From: Narcine bancroftii
Taxonomy: Eukaryota
Reading direction: 5' to 3'
Assembly: GCF_036971445.1 (NCBI RefSeq)
Contig: NC_091473.1
Location: forward strand, 130,944,001-131,008,000
Length of the DNA: 64,000 nt
Part shown: positions 1 to 13,050 of the stretch, piece after piece
Numbering within the stretch: position 1 is the first letter of the stretch
Layout of the letters: each line of letters opens with the position of its first letter
The notes under the pieces: generated by a model
Seen by the model: only the letters and a program-made list of their open reading frames with translations
Database searches by the model: none
Told to the model about the DNA's origin: nothing
Made by a program: the position numbers and the translations under genes

Positions 1-3000
1 TATCCAGCGGTGCTTAAAATAGTTATCTCGGGACAGCAAAACAGACTGTTCTTGGATCCGGAGAAAGCACGAGAATTTGCAGAACACCTGCAAGACAAAA
101 AGAGAGATGAAGAGCTGTAACAAGAACAAAGAATGACGACAAACTACATATAAAGATGTAAAAATAATGTATAAGTAAGAACTAAAGGAGGGAAGTAAAG
201 GGAAGTAAAGGAGAAGGGGGGAAGAGGAGGGGTTAAAAAATAAATAAAAATAAAAAAAATAAAACAAAAAGAAGAAAAGAGGGGGAGCTTTGTTTTAATG
301 TGAAGATAAAAGTCTTTTCTGGAGGGGTTTGGGTGGGAGAGAACAAAAGTCACTGCAAAATCAGTTGACATTTGCGAACGGGTTCGCAGTCCAAATGGAG
401 AGGGGAGTTGTGGTTACCCAGCAAGGGACAAGGGGCAACTCAGGGAGGGGGGGGGGACACACTTCGGGTTAAGGGAATTTTAGATGTGGGAGATGTTGAA
501 GTATTTTATGTTTTAGAAGTGTTGTCATACAGTGCATTAAAAAAAAATGAATCAGAAATGAAAATGGGGAAAAGGGGAAAGGTGGTGGTGAGGAAGCGGA
601 AATGAGATGTAAACAAAATATCAAATGGCCATGTTGAACAATATGACTATAAATATTAACAGAATACATAGCCAAATCAAAAGGAAGAAGCTATTAAATT
701 TACTGAAAAAAGAAAAAAAATAGATATAGCATTCGTGCAGGAAACGCACGAATGCAACATAACAAATTAAAGAGAGACTGGGTAGGGCACGTAATGGCAG
801 CATCATATAACTCAAAAGCCAGAGGTGCAGCTATATTAATCAATAAAAATGTACCAATCAAAATAGAGGAGGAAATAATAGATCCACCAGGGAGATACGT
901 AATGATAAAATGTCAGATATATTCAGAACTCTGGAATTTGGTCAATATATATGCAGTTAATGAAGAGGATCAAAAGTTTATGCAAGATATATTTTTGAAG
1001 ATTGTAGATACGCAGGGGAATATATTGATAGGAGGGGACTTTAACCTTAATTTGGATTCAAAGATGGATAAAACTAGACAGAAGACTAGCAGAAAGAACA
1101 AAGTAGCCAAATTTATGGTTAAATCAATGCAGAAAATGCAACTTTTGGATATATGGAGGATACAACACCCAAAGGAGAAGGAATACTCATATTATTCAAG
1201 TAGACATAAAACATACTCAAGGATTGACCTGTTTCTGTTGTCAGCCTATATCCAAGGGAGAGTTAGGAAAATGGAATATAAAGCTAGTTTGTTATCTGAT
1301 CACTCACCCCTGTTATTAGCAATAGAACTGGAGGACATCCCACCAAGAACATATAGATGGAGATTAAACTCCAAGCTAATTAAAAGACAGGATTTTAGAG
1401 AATTTATTGAGTGCCAAATTAAAATGTACTTTGAAATAAATACGGAATCAGTGAAAGACAAATTTATATTATGGGATGCAATGAAAGCCTTCATCAGAGG
1501 GCAGATAATAAGTTATGTAACTAAGATGAAAAAGGACTACAATCAGGAAATAGAACAGCTGGAAAGGGAAATAGTAAGTACAGAAAAAGAACTAGCAACA
1601 AGGGAAGATACAATAAAAAGAAGAGAATTTGCGGACAAAAAAATAAAATACGAAACACTACAAACATATAAGGTGGAGAAGAGCATAATGAAAATAAAGC
1701 AGAAGTATTACGAGCTAGGAGAAAAAATGCACAAAATATTAGCCTGGCAACTTAAAACAGAACAAGCTAAAAGAATGGTATTGGCATCAAGAAAAAAGAA
1801 CAAACAAATTACTTATAACCCAACAGAGATCAATGAAAACTTCAAGGAATTCTACGAGCAATTTATACCGAACTGAGAATAAAGGGAAAGAAGACAAAAT
1901 AGATGAGTTTCTAGCTAAAATTGAACTACTGAAATTGTAAGAAGAAGAAATTGATAAAACCATTTAAAATAGAAGAAATACAAGATATATTAAAAAAGCT
2001 ACCGAACAATAAAACGCCTGGGGAGGACGGACTCCCAAAAGAATTCTATAAAACATTTAAGAGTTACTAATTCCTCCTCTCCTGGAAATAATGAACCAGA
2101 CAGAAGAAACACAAAACTTGTCAGATTAATGTAAAATAGCAATAATTATAGTAATACCAAAGACGGGGAAAGATCCACTAACAAAAGCATCGTATAGACC
2201 AATATCGCTACTTAACTCAGATTATAAGATAATAGCTAAACTATTAGCAAACAGATTGGCTGACTGTGTACCAAAAATAGTAAAACTAGATCAAACTGGA
2301 TTTATTAAGAAAAGACGAACAACGGAAAATGTCTGTAAGTTCATTAACTTAATCCATGCAGTACAAGGAAATAAGACGCTAACAGTGGCGGTTGCTTTAG
2401 ACGCAGAGAAAGCCTTTGACAGTGTAGAATGGAATTATTTATTCAAAGTACTATAGAGGTTCAACCTACCAGAGAAATATATTAATTGGATTAATGGTCC
2501 AATGGCGAAGGTGACAGTAAATGGATATATATCGAACCAATTTAAATTAAGCAGGTCAACTAGGCAGGGATATCCACTATCTCCCTCGCTGTTCACTTTA
2601 GCAATAGAACCATTAGCAGAACTGATAAGAACAAGAAATAAAATAAAAGTGATAAAGATAAAAGAGAAGGAATATAAAATCAGTCTATTTGCAGTTGACG
2701 TCATACTTTTTACCCCCTCCATAAATCTTCGTCCGCGAAGCCAAGCCAAAGAAGAGATACTTAACAGAACCAGAAATACCAATAAAAGAATTACCTAAGA
2801 AATTGAAGGAATATGGATAAATATCGGGGTACAAGATCAACGCAAATAAAAGTGAAGCGATGCCAATGAATAATGCGGATTTCACAAAGTTTAAAAAAGA
2901 ATCACTATTTAAATGGCAAACACAAGCAATCCAATACCTAGGTATTAGACTAGATAATAATCTAGGCCATCTATACAAATTAAACTCTCAGCCATTAATG

Positions 3001-4374
3001 AAGAAATTACAAAATGACTTAGAACATTGGAAAGATTTACCATTAACACTGATAGGAAGGGTAAATTGCATTAAAATGAATATCTTCCCAAGGATACAAT
3101 ACCTATTTCAATTTTTACCAATTCCCTTAACAGAGAAATTCTTCAATGAACTAAAGAAAATAATGAAGAAATTCTTATGGAAAGGGGGGAAACTGAGGAC
3201 AGCGCTAGATAAATTGACAGAATGGTACAAACAAGGTGGTTTGCAGGTACCAAACTTTAAAAATTATTATAGAGCAGCACAATTAAGATATCTATCAGAT
3301 TTTTATCAAAGGAAAAAACCAGATTGGACCAGGATGGAGCTAGATAAAATAGGGGAGAAGGTACCAGAACCTATACTTTATAAGTGGGATGAAAAACTGG
3401 TGCAATATAGAAGTTCACCAGCACTGCACCATCTGCTCAACATTTGGAAGAAGATACATGTAGAAAGAAAAAAAGCAAATTACCAACTATTGACGCAAAA
3501 TCAACTAATCCCTTTCACGATAGATAACCTTTCCTTTAGAGAATGGGAGAGAAAAGGGATTAAAAGAATAGAAAATTGTTTTTTGGGAGATAATTTATTA
3601 TCATTTGAACAAATGAAGTACAAATATGGAATAACTCATGGTACAATGTTTGCATACCACCAACTGAAAACCAACTTAAAGGACAAATTGGGAAGCAGAC
3701 TGAGATTACCAGAAGGAAGCAGCTTTGAATATGTGATTACAGACACAATGATAATTAAAAGATTTATAATGAGCTATAAACCCAAACAAAAGTGGGAACA
3801 GGATCTAAACATTAAGATAAAAAAATGAAATATGGGGAAAGCTATGCTCCGGAACTATGAGAAATACAATAAACATGAGGTTTCGCATGATACAATATAA
3901 TTAGTTACACAGGTTATACACCACGCCCCAAAAGTTAAATAAATGGTACCCAACAGTATCAGATAAATGTTTTCACTGTAAGAAGGAAACGGGAACAACA
4001 GTACATGCAATTTGGGCATGTGAGAAAGTGGAAAAGTTTTGGGAAGATCTAAATCAGGTATTAAATAAAATCACATAAAGCAACATACCAAAAAATCCAG
4101 AGATCTTTCTTCTAAGTAATATAAGAAGTAAATAATTAGGCTTCAAACTGGATGAAGCGAAGCGCAAAAAAGATTTATTATGATAGCCTTAACTGTGCAA
4201 AAAAGTGTATAATGTCAACTTGGAAATCAGAAGGGAGCCTGACAGTACAGCAATGGTACATTAAATGAATAAATGTATTCCAATGGAAAAAATAACATAT
4301 AATTTTAAAAAATAAAGTCACATTATTTGAACAAATTTGGGAACCGTACATGGAACACAACAGAGAAGGCCTAC
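1..4374 (+). mobile_element. L1-clade LINE, decayed: ORF1 C-terminus (1-120), purine-rich spacer, ORF2 (APE endonuclease, RT, C-terminal region) from ~624, 3' UTR missing
   Basis: ORFs 752-1876 (GGDFN, YSRIDLFL, SDH), 2256-2456 (DQTGF, LDAEKAFD), 2502-2798 (RQGYPLSP), 2860-3828 (LTLIGRVNCIKMNIFP); several stops and frameshifts. Confidence 0.95.
2707..2755 (+). mobile_element. Ultra-short 3' end of an RTE LINE inserted in the L1 RT
   Basis: CCATAAATCTTCGTCCGCGAAGCCAAGCCAAAGAAGA matches the 3' terminus of the RTE copies at 5198 and 40434; lies immediately after the L1 FA(D)DVI motif. Confidence 0.9.
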
Positions 4375-5054
4375 CAGATGAAATCAGCTGTAACTGAAGG
4401 GAGCTTGGCAGTCTCGTAGAGAAGAGATGAATGTGCAGCATCACCGTTTCAGAATTATTAAGTTGGCCTTCTGAGCTCCGAAGGTAACGCATCATTTGTC
4501 CAACTACTGTTCTGCACCACTTGTATCCACTTGGCATTAGGGGTTCTTGTCCATTTGCTCTGAGCCTGTGAATTTGATTATTCCTTGTGGGCAGACAGCA
4601 TATGTACTGCTTTTCAGTCAGAGGGGGATAACCCATTGAATTTATGTGCTGGAGGAGCAGTGAATTCTTCAGATCGGATTCTGATCACATATGCTGCCAG
4701 AGCCACAGCAATACAGTGATCACGATTTTAAAGCAGATGTCTAACCAAACTTTGCTGATTTGCAAATTGCCACTTAGCAGGGAATCTAATTGCAAGAGCT
4801 TCCTGGTTGATTTTAAGCAGCGCCAAGTAGCATATTGCCTTGCCACTTATTCTTACACCCTAGATTTGTATACTTACATCCAATCCAGGAAAGACAGGAG
4901 GCTAATTAGCACAGACTCCTGAGAGATCTCCAAGCCAAGGGTTACTGTCGGGGAGCAATCAGAATTGCAGGTTATCAGGATGCATTGATTATAGAGCAAC
5001 AAAACAGAGCTAGACCTCTGCAACAAATGAAAGTGCAGTGTTATCTATTTTCAG

Positions 5055-5076
5055 ATGTTCACGATATATAATCAAG
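5055..5076 (+). CDS. Candidate 22-bp host exon (MFTIYNQG), unidentified
   Basis: ttatctattttcAG acceptor, GTcagt donor; phase compatible with 5746-5786. Confidence 0.25.
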
Positions 5077-5197
5077 GTCAGTGTAGCCTTGGAGATGGTT
5101 CTGTTTAGCACCTTACCAAGTCTGAAAGATGGTAAACGCACAGATTAATCAGACATAAGTTTGAACATGTGTTCAAAATAGCGGGAACTCTCATAGT

Positions 5198-5525
5198 TCT
5201 TCTTTGGCTTGGCTTCGCAGACGAAGATTTATGGAGGGGTAATGTCCACGTCAACTGCAGGCTCGTTTGTGGCTGACAGGTCCGATGCGGGACAGACAGA
5301 CACGGTTGCAGCGGTTGCAAGGGAAAATTGGTTGGTTGGGGTTGGGTGTTGGGTTTTTTCTCCTTTGTCTTTTGTCAGTGAGATGGGCTCTGCAGTCTTC
5401 CTCAAAGGAGGTTGCTGTCCGCCGAACTGTGAGGCGCCAAGATGCACAGTTTGAGGCGATATCAGCCCACTGGCGGTGATCAATGTGGCAGGCACCAAGA
5501 GATTTCTTTAGGCAGTCCTTGTACA
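5198..5525 (-). mobile_element. RTE-clade LINE, 5'-truncated 3' fragment
   Basis: ORF 5251-5526 YKDCLKKSL...FPCNRCNRVCLSRIGPVSHKRAC (C-terminal C2H2 zinc finger); (GAA)n-type tail; same family as 40434-41805. Confidence 0.92.
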
Positions 5526-5745
5526 TGTTAAAGTCAATACAAATAACCTGATTTTAAAATAAAATTTCAATGGTAATAAGAAGTGATTCATGCAGATCTC
5601 CTAAAAATAACAAATGCTCATTCATTATGGATCTGTCTGGCTTACAGATCACTTGCACAATTAAGAAATCTTCAGAAACTGGTGGCACAAAAAATTTCTG
5701 ATGCACCCAACACAATTGATTAATTTCTGATGTTTCTTTTTGCAG

Positions 5746-5786
5746 GTTATGCCTACCAATTGATGCATAAACAAGAGAATGCAGAG
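5746..5786 (+). CDS. Candidate 41-bp host exon (GYAYQLMHKQENAE), unidentified
   Basis: tgtttctttttgcAG acceptor, GAG/GTatgt donor, one open frame. Confidence 0.35.
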
Positions 5787-6035
5787 GTATGTAGGAATAA
5801 ACTCCAGTTCCATTAGTTTTATGTTATTTTGATAGGTGCAGCCAAATTAATTAAAAGTATTCTTTTTTGCCATAATGGTAAAAGATTGAGTGTCCCACAT
5901 TGTAGACAGAGTGAAGAAAAAATAATTTCAAAATTCAAGGTTTTGCATCATTTTTGCAAACCTTTGCAGCCTTGTTTCTGCTCCGTAAATGGTTATATGG
6001 TCATATCTGCAATTTAATGTAAATTATAATTTCAC

Positions 6036-6094
6036 TATATATATATATATCTTTCTTTCTTTTTTTCTTCTTTGGCTTGGCTTCGCGGATGAAG

Positions 6095-6133
<39 letters not shown>

Positions 6134-6137
6134 TATT
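6036..6137 (-). repeat. (TA)n microsatellite containing a ~32-bp RTE 3' end (6067-6098)
   Basis: CTTCTTTGGCTTGGCTTCGCGGATGAAGATTT flanked on both sides by TA repeats. Confidence 0.85.
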
Positions 6138-6339
6138 TAATGCACACTATAGCCTATTGGGTGAGTGTTCACTGTTCTCAGGATCAGCATGTTAAGAAAA
6201 CTTCATGGAAGAACACCACTTACACCATCAATTATTTTGCTGCTTGTTTGGGATTTCATTAGTGTATGATTATTGACTAAAGGAGTCAAACAAAAATTTG
6301 TGGCTCCATTTCATTAAGTGGTTGAATAACAGAAAAATG

Positions 6340-7010
6340 TTTCAATATTTTATTGGTTTTTAATCAAATAAATGTTACATAAAACCATAAAATAAGGCAT
6401 TAATAAATCTGATATAGCAATACAAATGGTACTGAAACCTATGTTACATTAAAAAATAAATAAAAAGCAAACCACTGTACTAATTAACTAAATATCAGTC
6501 CCTTCCCTTTGGAGGCTACTGACTAACACAGACAGCCCGCTACTAATAATAAGGAAAAAAGGAAGGTAAACATTGGGATCAAACACCAGAAACTAGTTAA
6601 TCTTACAAATTTTGAACTTAATTAAGAAAGGAACCCCATAAAGAAACAAAGTTAAGATTAATTTCAGTAGTGGAACATCTCATTTTTTTCCCCAAGTCAG
6701 ACATGCCATCACGTCGGACAGCCATTGATTATGAGTGGGAGGGACAAGATCTTTCCATCTCATTAATATGGCCCTTATAGTAATAAAGGAAGTGAGAACA
6801 ACTACATGGGATTGTGAAGTAGGCAATAATAGACCTGTTGGTCCATTTATTCCAAAGTAAGCAATAAAAGGATTTGGAGTCAAATTAATATTAAGAACTA
6901 AAAAGGTACAAAATATCCCTTCCCAAAACTTGGAAAGAGAGGGACATAAACAGAATAGATGATACAGTGTACCACCTTCAATTTTGCATTTATCACATTT
7001 AGCAGGGAGA
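6340..7010 (-). mobile_element. L1-clade LINE 3' fragment (different subfamily)
   Basis: ORF 6680-6883 RAILMRWKDLVPPTHNQWLSDVMACL resembles a fish L1 ORF2 C-terminus. Confidence 0.75.
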
Positions 7011-7581
7011 TTAATATCGAATGTAGCTCATTAGACTTTGGAATAGTAATAATGAATTTCTAGCACCAAGTAGTAAAATAATAAAAAATAAAATTCAAAA
7101 ACATTTTGCATTTTTAAAAATAATTATTTGCGATGTATGTAATTCCATGCAATAAATTAGATTTTTAGCAATGAAGAGATTGCTTAGCAGCAATTGTGGT
7201 TGAGTATGTCTTTAAAACTAAGTTACATTTAGCAAGGTGTAACATTTTCAAGTATATATTTACAGCAAAATTAAATTGTAAAAAATAGAATTGTCATCGA
7301 TTCAGCAATTTCAAAAATGTTTCCATCTGTGAAAGCTTCAACACCATACCCTCTGGAGAAGGAGTATCACTGACAGCAACTTTTGAAATTCTACATTTCC
7401 TTTTCAGACTCCAGATATTGCTGCAAGATACAATATAATTACAGTTAATGCTAACAATTTTTATTAAAATTGCAGATGCAAAATCGAGAACAAAGATTCT
7501 GTTTTTGAAAAATTTCCATCCGAGTCCATTAACATAAAAATACTAGTATTGCTTTTTATGGCATAATCAAATTCTAGATTA

Positions 7582-7800
7582 AGGGCAGAATGGTTAGTGT
7601 ACTGGTTAGCGCAATGTTGTTCCAGCCAGCCAGCGTGGGTTGGAATCCCACGCTGTTAGGAGTTTGAATGTTCTCCCCTTGTCTGCATGGGTTTCCTCTG
7701 GGTGCTCCAATTTCCCACCAGTGTTCAAAATGTATTGGAGTTGTAGGTTAATTAAGTGGAACAGGCTTGTGGGCCAAAAGTGCCTGTTACCATGCTATAA
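7582..7800 (+). mobile_element. tRNA-derived V-SINE (HE1-like)
   Basis: A/B-box head, V-domain GGAGTTTG..GTTCTCCCC..GTCTGCATGGGTTTCC, CR1-like tail GCCTGTTACCATGCT. Confidence 0.85.
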
Positions 7801-8809
7801 GTATAATTTTTTTTTTAAGTCTTAATTTTGCCTGACAATTCAAGGCAAACAAAAGCTGACAACCCAAAAAATAAAATGATGGGGCAGAATTGATTAAATT
7901 TGCACTAAAATAGCATTATGTGGAAGAGCTGTGGCAGTTTCATCCAAGTCTATGGTGGGGTGGCAGGGCTGATTTTATCATGTGTACAATGTTGTGCTGT
8001 ATCGCAAATACATATATATCATATATCCAAAGCTGCAGGAGAAGTAAAAACTTTAAAACATGATCTTCTGCTATCGCAGAATTGTTATAATGCCTAATCG
8101 CATCATGAACAAACATTTCACATCGCAAGATTTGCCTTGGTAGATAAGAATATCATGCATCTCTGACAGACGAGAGACACCATGCACTCTGAGGACTAAT
8201 CTGTGATTGATCCCCTACCAGATAAAGAAGTTTCCTGTGATGCCAAAGACATCTATGAACATTCCATTACTTCCCTGATGTGTGCCTGAATAGTAGCTCA
8301 CAGTTGAGTTAACCTTCCCATCAACGCAAGCTCAGTTACTTCTCACAAAGCCCATTTGTCTTTTATTTTATGGTTGTACATGGTAAAATATTGGATGAGT
8401 GATGTTGGACCTACATTGCATTCTGATTGATGATACTGCTGGATAGCCTATGTAAATACACATGGAAATATAATAGAATTTACTAGGAGGCATTGTTCAT
8501 TTTAACTTTCCGTGTCTAAACCATTTCATATAGCATGAGAAACTTCACACTTTGTAACACTTTCTAATATTGCACAATGGTTGAGATAAATAAAAGTTAT
8601 GACCAATAAAGTTTCGTACCCAGAGCAGATGAAAGTTGGTGAACTTCACCTGGGGTTGTTAAATTATAATTTTCCACATACTTTGATGAAGCGCAGATCA
8701 TAGATGAAAGAGAAATATTCAAGATGCTATTCAGCAGGTTTTATAATTCCAACTCCAGGGCTACCAAACTAAAAGAATGCCTCCACATGTTTTTTGCCGG
8801 CTTTCCCTC

Positions 8810-9114
8810 TGTGGTGGTACAACCACCAGTCTACTGCAGGGGGCGATCTCTGTACCTGCAGGAAGACCACTTAAGGGCTGACTCCACCTGGCCCGCTGTC
8901 AATCAGCTGACCTGAATAGACCCCCTAGGGGGCAGACTCCACCCTGCCAGCTGTCAATCAGCAGACCTGAATATAGACCTGAGCCGGCGCCTCCTGAGCC
9001 AGTCACACGGGAGCCACCAAAGTATGAACTGGTGTTCAGACTTTTACCTGAATAAAACCAGTTGTACAGTTTTTCGAGTTTTGTGCTTGCCCGCTGCTAC
9101 CTCAGCGCACCACA
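8810..9114 (+). mobile_element. Solo LTR, 305 bp (family A)
   Basis: TGTGGTG...CACCACA termini, perfect 5-bp TSD CCCTC (8805-8809/9115-9119), AATAAA near 9051, internal ~50-bp duplication; homologous to 58752-59045. Confidence 0.92.
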
Positions 9115-9929
9115 CCCTCGTTTCAAGTTACCCCAAAGAAGTTATCTTTTCTCTTTGAATTCTACATTTCTTCAACTTTCATTCTTTTAGGTTTCTCCTA
9201 TTTTTGTTTCATTTTCTGTTCTTGTTCTCCTTGATAAAAATCTATTTCTTTTAATAGATTTTTTACGATGCAGCCTACCTTTAGCCATTTTGTCCATTCC
9301 GTTCAAGTTGTGACCCAAGCTCGTTCCATTTGCTTGTGTCTGGCCCATATCCCTCAAAAAGCTTCTTATCCATATACTCATTGAATGCCTTTCAAATGTT
9401 ACAATTGTAGTTGCTTGTAAAATGTTGCCATTTCTACTGACATCTCCCCTCTCCTGTCTACTTGGTTTTTTTTTCCTCCCTTGTCATTGCTCTTACTTCT
9501 CAGCCTATCTAAACAACTTAATAATGGCCCTTTACAATTTCCAAAACCACATCAAAGGCCTACAATCTAGAAAACACTGAACCATCCAACAAATAGAACA
9601 TTAACTGGTGTTTAAAGTTCTGAAGAAGACAGAAGGAGCATTTATCCAAAGCTGAACAAAAACCTAATATTGAAACAAATTTAAATAAATACAAGCATTT
9701 TTAAGTTATGTACAACTTGATATGTTATTTTTGAGATCTACTTGATATGAAGCTGAAGATTTGTATGAATTTACTGCAGCTAATGAGAACCTTTAGTTAG
9801 TGGAGTCTTCATAATCTACATATTCATACTTAGTTGATATTGATTCAAAGCTAAAACCAACTGACATCAACAATAATTCTAAAGTGCAAATGGAATGTAA
9901 AGCCATGAATAAATTATAAAATTAAGTAA

Positions 9930-10075
9930 TTGGAGCCAAAAACTGCAAATACTGAAAATGTAAAGTAGGAACAGAGAGTGCTGAAGAGTCTTTGAGCTGA
10001 AAATTAACCATTTAATTCTTTCCGCAGATGCTGCTTCACCTGCTAAATGTTTCCAGCATTTTCCATTTGTATTTT
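9930..10075. mobile_element. Penelope-like terminal-repeat remnant
   Basis: AGATGCTGCTTCACCTGCTAAATGTTTCCAGCA motif shared with remnants at 32960, 33780, 53100-54640 and 61250-61750. Confidence 0.55.
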
Positions 10076-10419
10076 ATGTTGGGCATCAATGAAGATGTCA
10101 AAGATAGAAAGGTTAGGGAACTGGCAAAGTTTCTCTCCCCATGGATGCTGTGTGACCTCCTGTGTGTTTCTAGCATTTTCCTGGCTTTGTTCTGAAATGA
10201 AGGAGAAAAATAATTCTTTGCCTTTTTAATGTCATTTTGGGCCTTGATACTGGAATTACACCGCTTGAAATTTTGGATCGAATCTGCAGTGTTCACTTCA
10301 GTGTTTAATTCAGTCAAAACTGCTGGAGTCTGTGAAATTATAACAATTAACTTTATAACAAACTGCAAGAAATCAACCCTACTAAATGGGGCCAGTACAA
10401 TGTTCTCAATTCTCAGCAT

Positions 10420-10615
10420 GGATAGCATAATGGTTAGTTCGACGCTATTACAACACCAACAACACAGGTTTAAATCCAGCGCTGTCTGGAAGGAGCTTGT
10501 ACGTTCTCCCCATGTCTGTGTGGGCTATCCCCAAATTTTCCAGTTTCCTCCCACCCACCAAATCATACAGGGTGGTAGGGAAATGGGGTGCAGTTTGGCG
10601 ATGCATGTCTCAATG
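10420..10615 (+). mobile_element. V-SINE (HE1-like)
   Basis: B-box GGTTTAAATCC and V-domain GGAGCTTGTACGTTCTCCCC. Confidence 0.8.
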
Positions 10616-11000
10616 GTTAGAATTTTTATGGTGAATAATAAAGATGGCCAATAAATAAAAGGTACTTGACTGGCTTATGCCAAAATTAATCTATCATTTT
10701 CTATTTTGCCTATTACTTGTTTGGTCATTGTGTTATTCTTAATATTTGGAGTTTATATTCTGATCTAGTGAAGGCTGATACTTACAAAGATTCCAAGTCA
10801 TTCAATATAATGAACAGCTTCAGACATTTGTTATTCTTTTAAGAGTGAATTCATGTTTTGAGGTCTTTGTTCAGCATTAGACCACTGAAGTATTGTTAGT
10901 GTCAGCGTATGATAAATGGAGATTATGTGAAGGAAATGCTTCATCAAACAATTAATCTTTTCAGTGCTGACCATTCAGAAACTGTGCAAGTATATCCTAG

Positions 11001-11936
11001 TGTTACATCACAGACCAGCAGCAATAGAAATTCACCAAGACAGTTATTTTTAAAATTATATTTTTATTATAAATTACTAACACCTCACCTAAGCTTATCC
11101 TCAACNNNNNNNNNNNNNNNNNNNNNNNNNNNNNNNNNNNNNNNNNNNNNNNNNNNNNNNNNNNNNNNNNNNNNNNNNNNNNNNNNNNNNNNNNNNNNNN
11201 NNNNNNNNNNNNNNNNNNNNNNNNNNNNNNNNNNNNNNNNNNNNNNNNNNNNNNNNNNNNNNNNNAGATACCTAAACCACTACAGCTTAGGCACAATTCT
11301 GGAAATTCCATTGTTGACATGAAGACTCAAACTGAGGGAAGAAAGTGATTACAAATGAGGTGGGCGAGACCAAGTGGAAGACCATTGAAAACTCACAAAA
11401 CCTTGATAATTTACTTCCAGAGCGAATGTTCTTTCAGCCACAACTCCCATTTTCCTTTCTTAGGGGAACCAAAACAAGTGACTTTCACAATGCTTCCAGA
11501 ACCCAGATGCAAGTCACTCCAAAATGGCCATCACAATGGTCACGATCCAAATGCAGTGATTCTCCCACTTCCAGTACCCAAATACAGGTCAATCAAAGTG
11601 ACCTTTCTTTTGATTACAGTGGAGATCAAAACTCGTGACAGTAAGAAACAAACAAATTATTCATTACCACACAGAGACACTCCAGCTGTTCAAAGTGCTG
11701 CTTCTTTAAAATGGCTTCTAATGCCTTTACTAATGCTATTCCTTTAAGTGTGTCTCTCACATGACTCTCCACACCTATGCCTGGATAAAAGCAACATATT
11801 TCCTCTCTTCTCTTCAAAAGTAGTGGTGGGTACACACTGTACCACTCCACAGTTGTGAATAGTTGCAGTTTATACTAGTCCTCATTTTGTTAACCCTTAA
11901 AGTGACAGTTCCACTAAAATGAAATGCCTTGTAATA
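11001..11936 (-). mobile_element. Solo LTR ~0.9 kb (family B), spans an assembly gap
   Basis: TGTTAC...GTAATA termini, 4-bp TSD CTAG (10997-11000/11937-11940); CCAGCAGCAATAGA..TTCACCA shared with the LTR at 22690. Confidence 0.75.
11106..11265. other. Assembly gap (160 N)
   Basis: run of N. Confidence 1.
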
Positions 11937-12024
11937 CTAGTTACAAAGGTTTATGATGATAGCCTGCTCCAATGCAGAAAACTGTTTTTTCTTCTACAGT
12001 AGTGATAAAAATTAGCCCAGAAGG

Positions 12025-13050
12025 TGTTATATTTAAAATAATATTTTTAAATTATTAATTAAGAGTCATATAATTTTTTTACACTTATCTATGCTTAACT
12101 AAATTTATCTACACATATCTAACTTAAACCCCAAATATGTGTGAATATACTGGTGTGTGTATATACTAATGGATACCCCAACCACTACAGTTCAAGGCCC
12201 AATTCTCAGAAGTCAATTCAAAGTTCAGTTTCGGAAATTCAATGATGACACATGGATTCGAAATTGATGCGATATGCAGCCTTTAGATGGTTGAAACACA
12301 CAGACCTTTAATGAATGTGACCCGCAGGGTTAGTGGATCAGACACTCAGATCTTTAATGAAATGAACAGTCCATGAAATGGGTGAAAGAGACCAGGGTGA
12401 CAGAAAATTGATTAACTCACAAAATCCTTGTTAAGATGCTTCAGAGATATGTCCTCTTTGGACGAGTGCCAACCCAAACTCCCTGCTTCTTTAGCATAGG
12501 GGACATGAAGCCAGTGATGTTCACAAATCTTCCAAAATCTTCTTCATGTATCAGCCAAACTCAAGCGGCTCTCATTCTGGTCACCATCCAAGAACAGTAT
12601 TTTTTTTGCAACTAGAACCTTTCTCATAGGCCAAAGTAGAGTGCAGCATTTCTTTCACCAGTAGAACCCTTTTCGTAGGTCAGTCGAAGTGGTTTTCTCA
12701 TCCCTCTATACCGGCAGGAAGAAATTTGACAGTTTGTCTCTAACCACATAATGAGGCCAAATGGATTTCTCAATCCCACAGAGAAGGTCGAAGAGCTCTT
12801 TACTCTCGTACTGCCTTTTTAAAATGGCCTACTGAGCAAATTATGCACTCTTTTCAATAAGCTGGTCACCTGGTCTATGGCTTCTCCAGGGCTGCTTCCC
12901 TTCATTCTGCAAATGTATCAACTTAAGAACATGCTGTCTTCAAAGCTTGCAGCCCTTTTCACAGTCACTTTCCAAAACCTGCAAGGTTTGTTCACTCTAT
13001 TCTCTTAAAGGGACAAATAAGATGAACTGAAAAATGGGAGAACGTCAAAG
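12025..13050 (-). mobile_element. Probable LTR related to family B; right boundary approximate
   Basis: starts TGTTA; shares ATACC..AACCACTACAG..CAATTCT and CTTAAAG.GACA blocks with 11001-11936; no clear TSD. Confidence 0.5.

Noticed and set aside
752-3828. Long ORFs as host genes or an active L1
   Set aside because: Fragments of one L1 ORF2 broken by stops, frameshifts and an RTE insertion.
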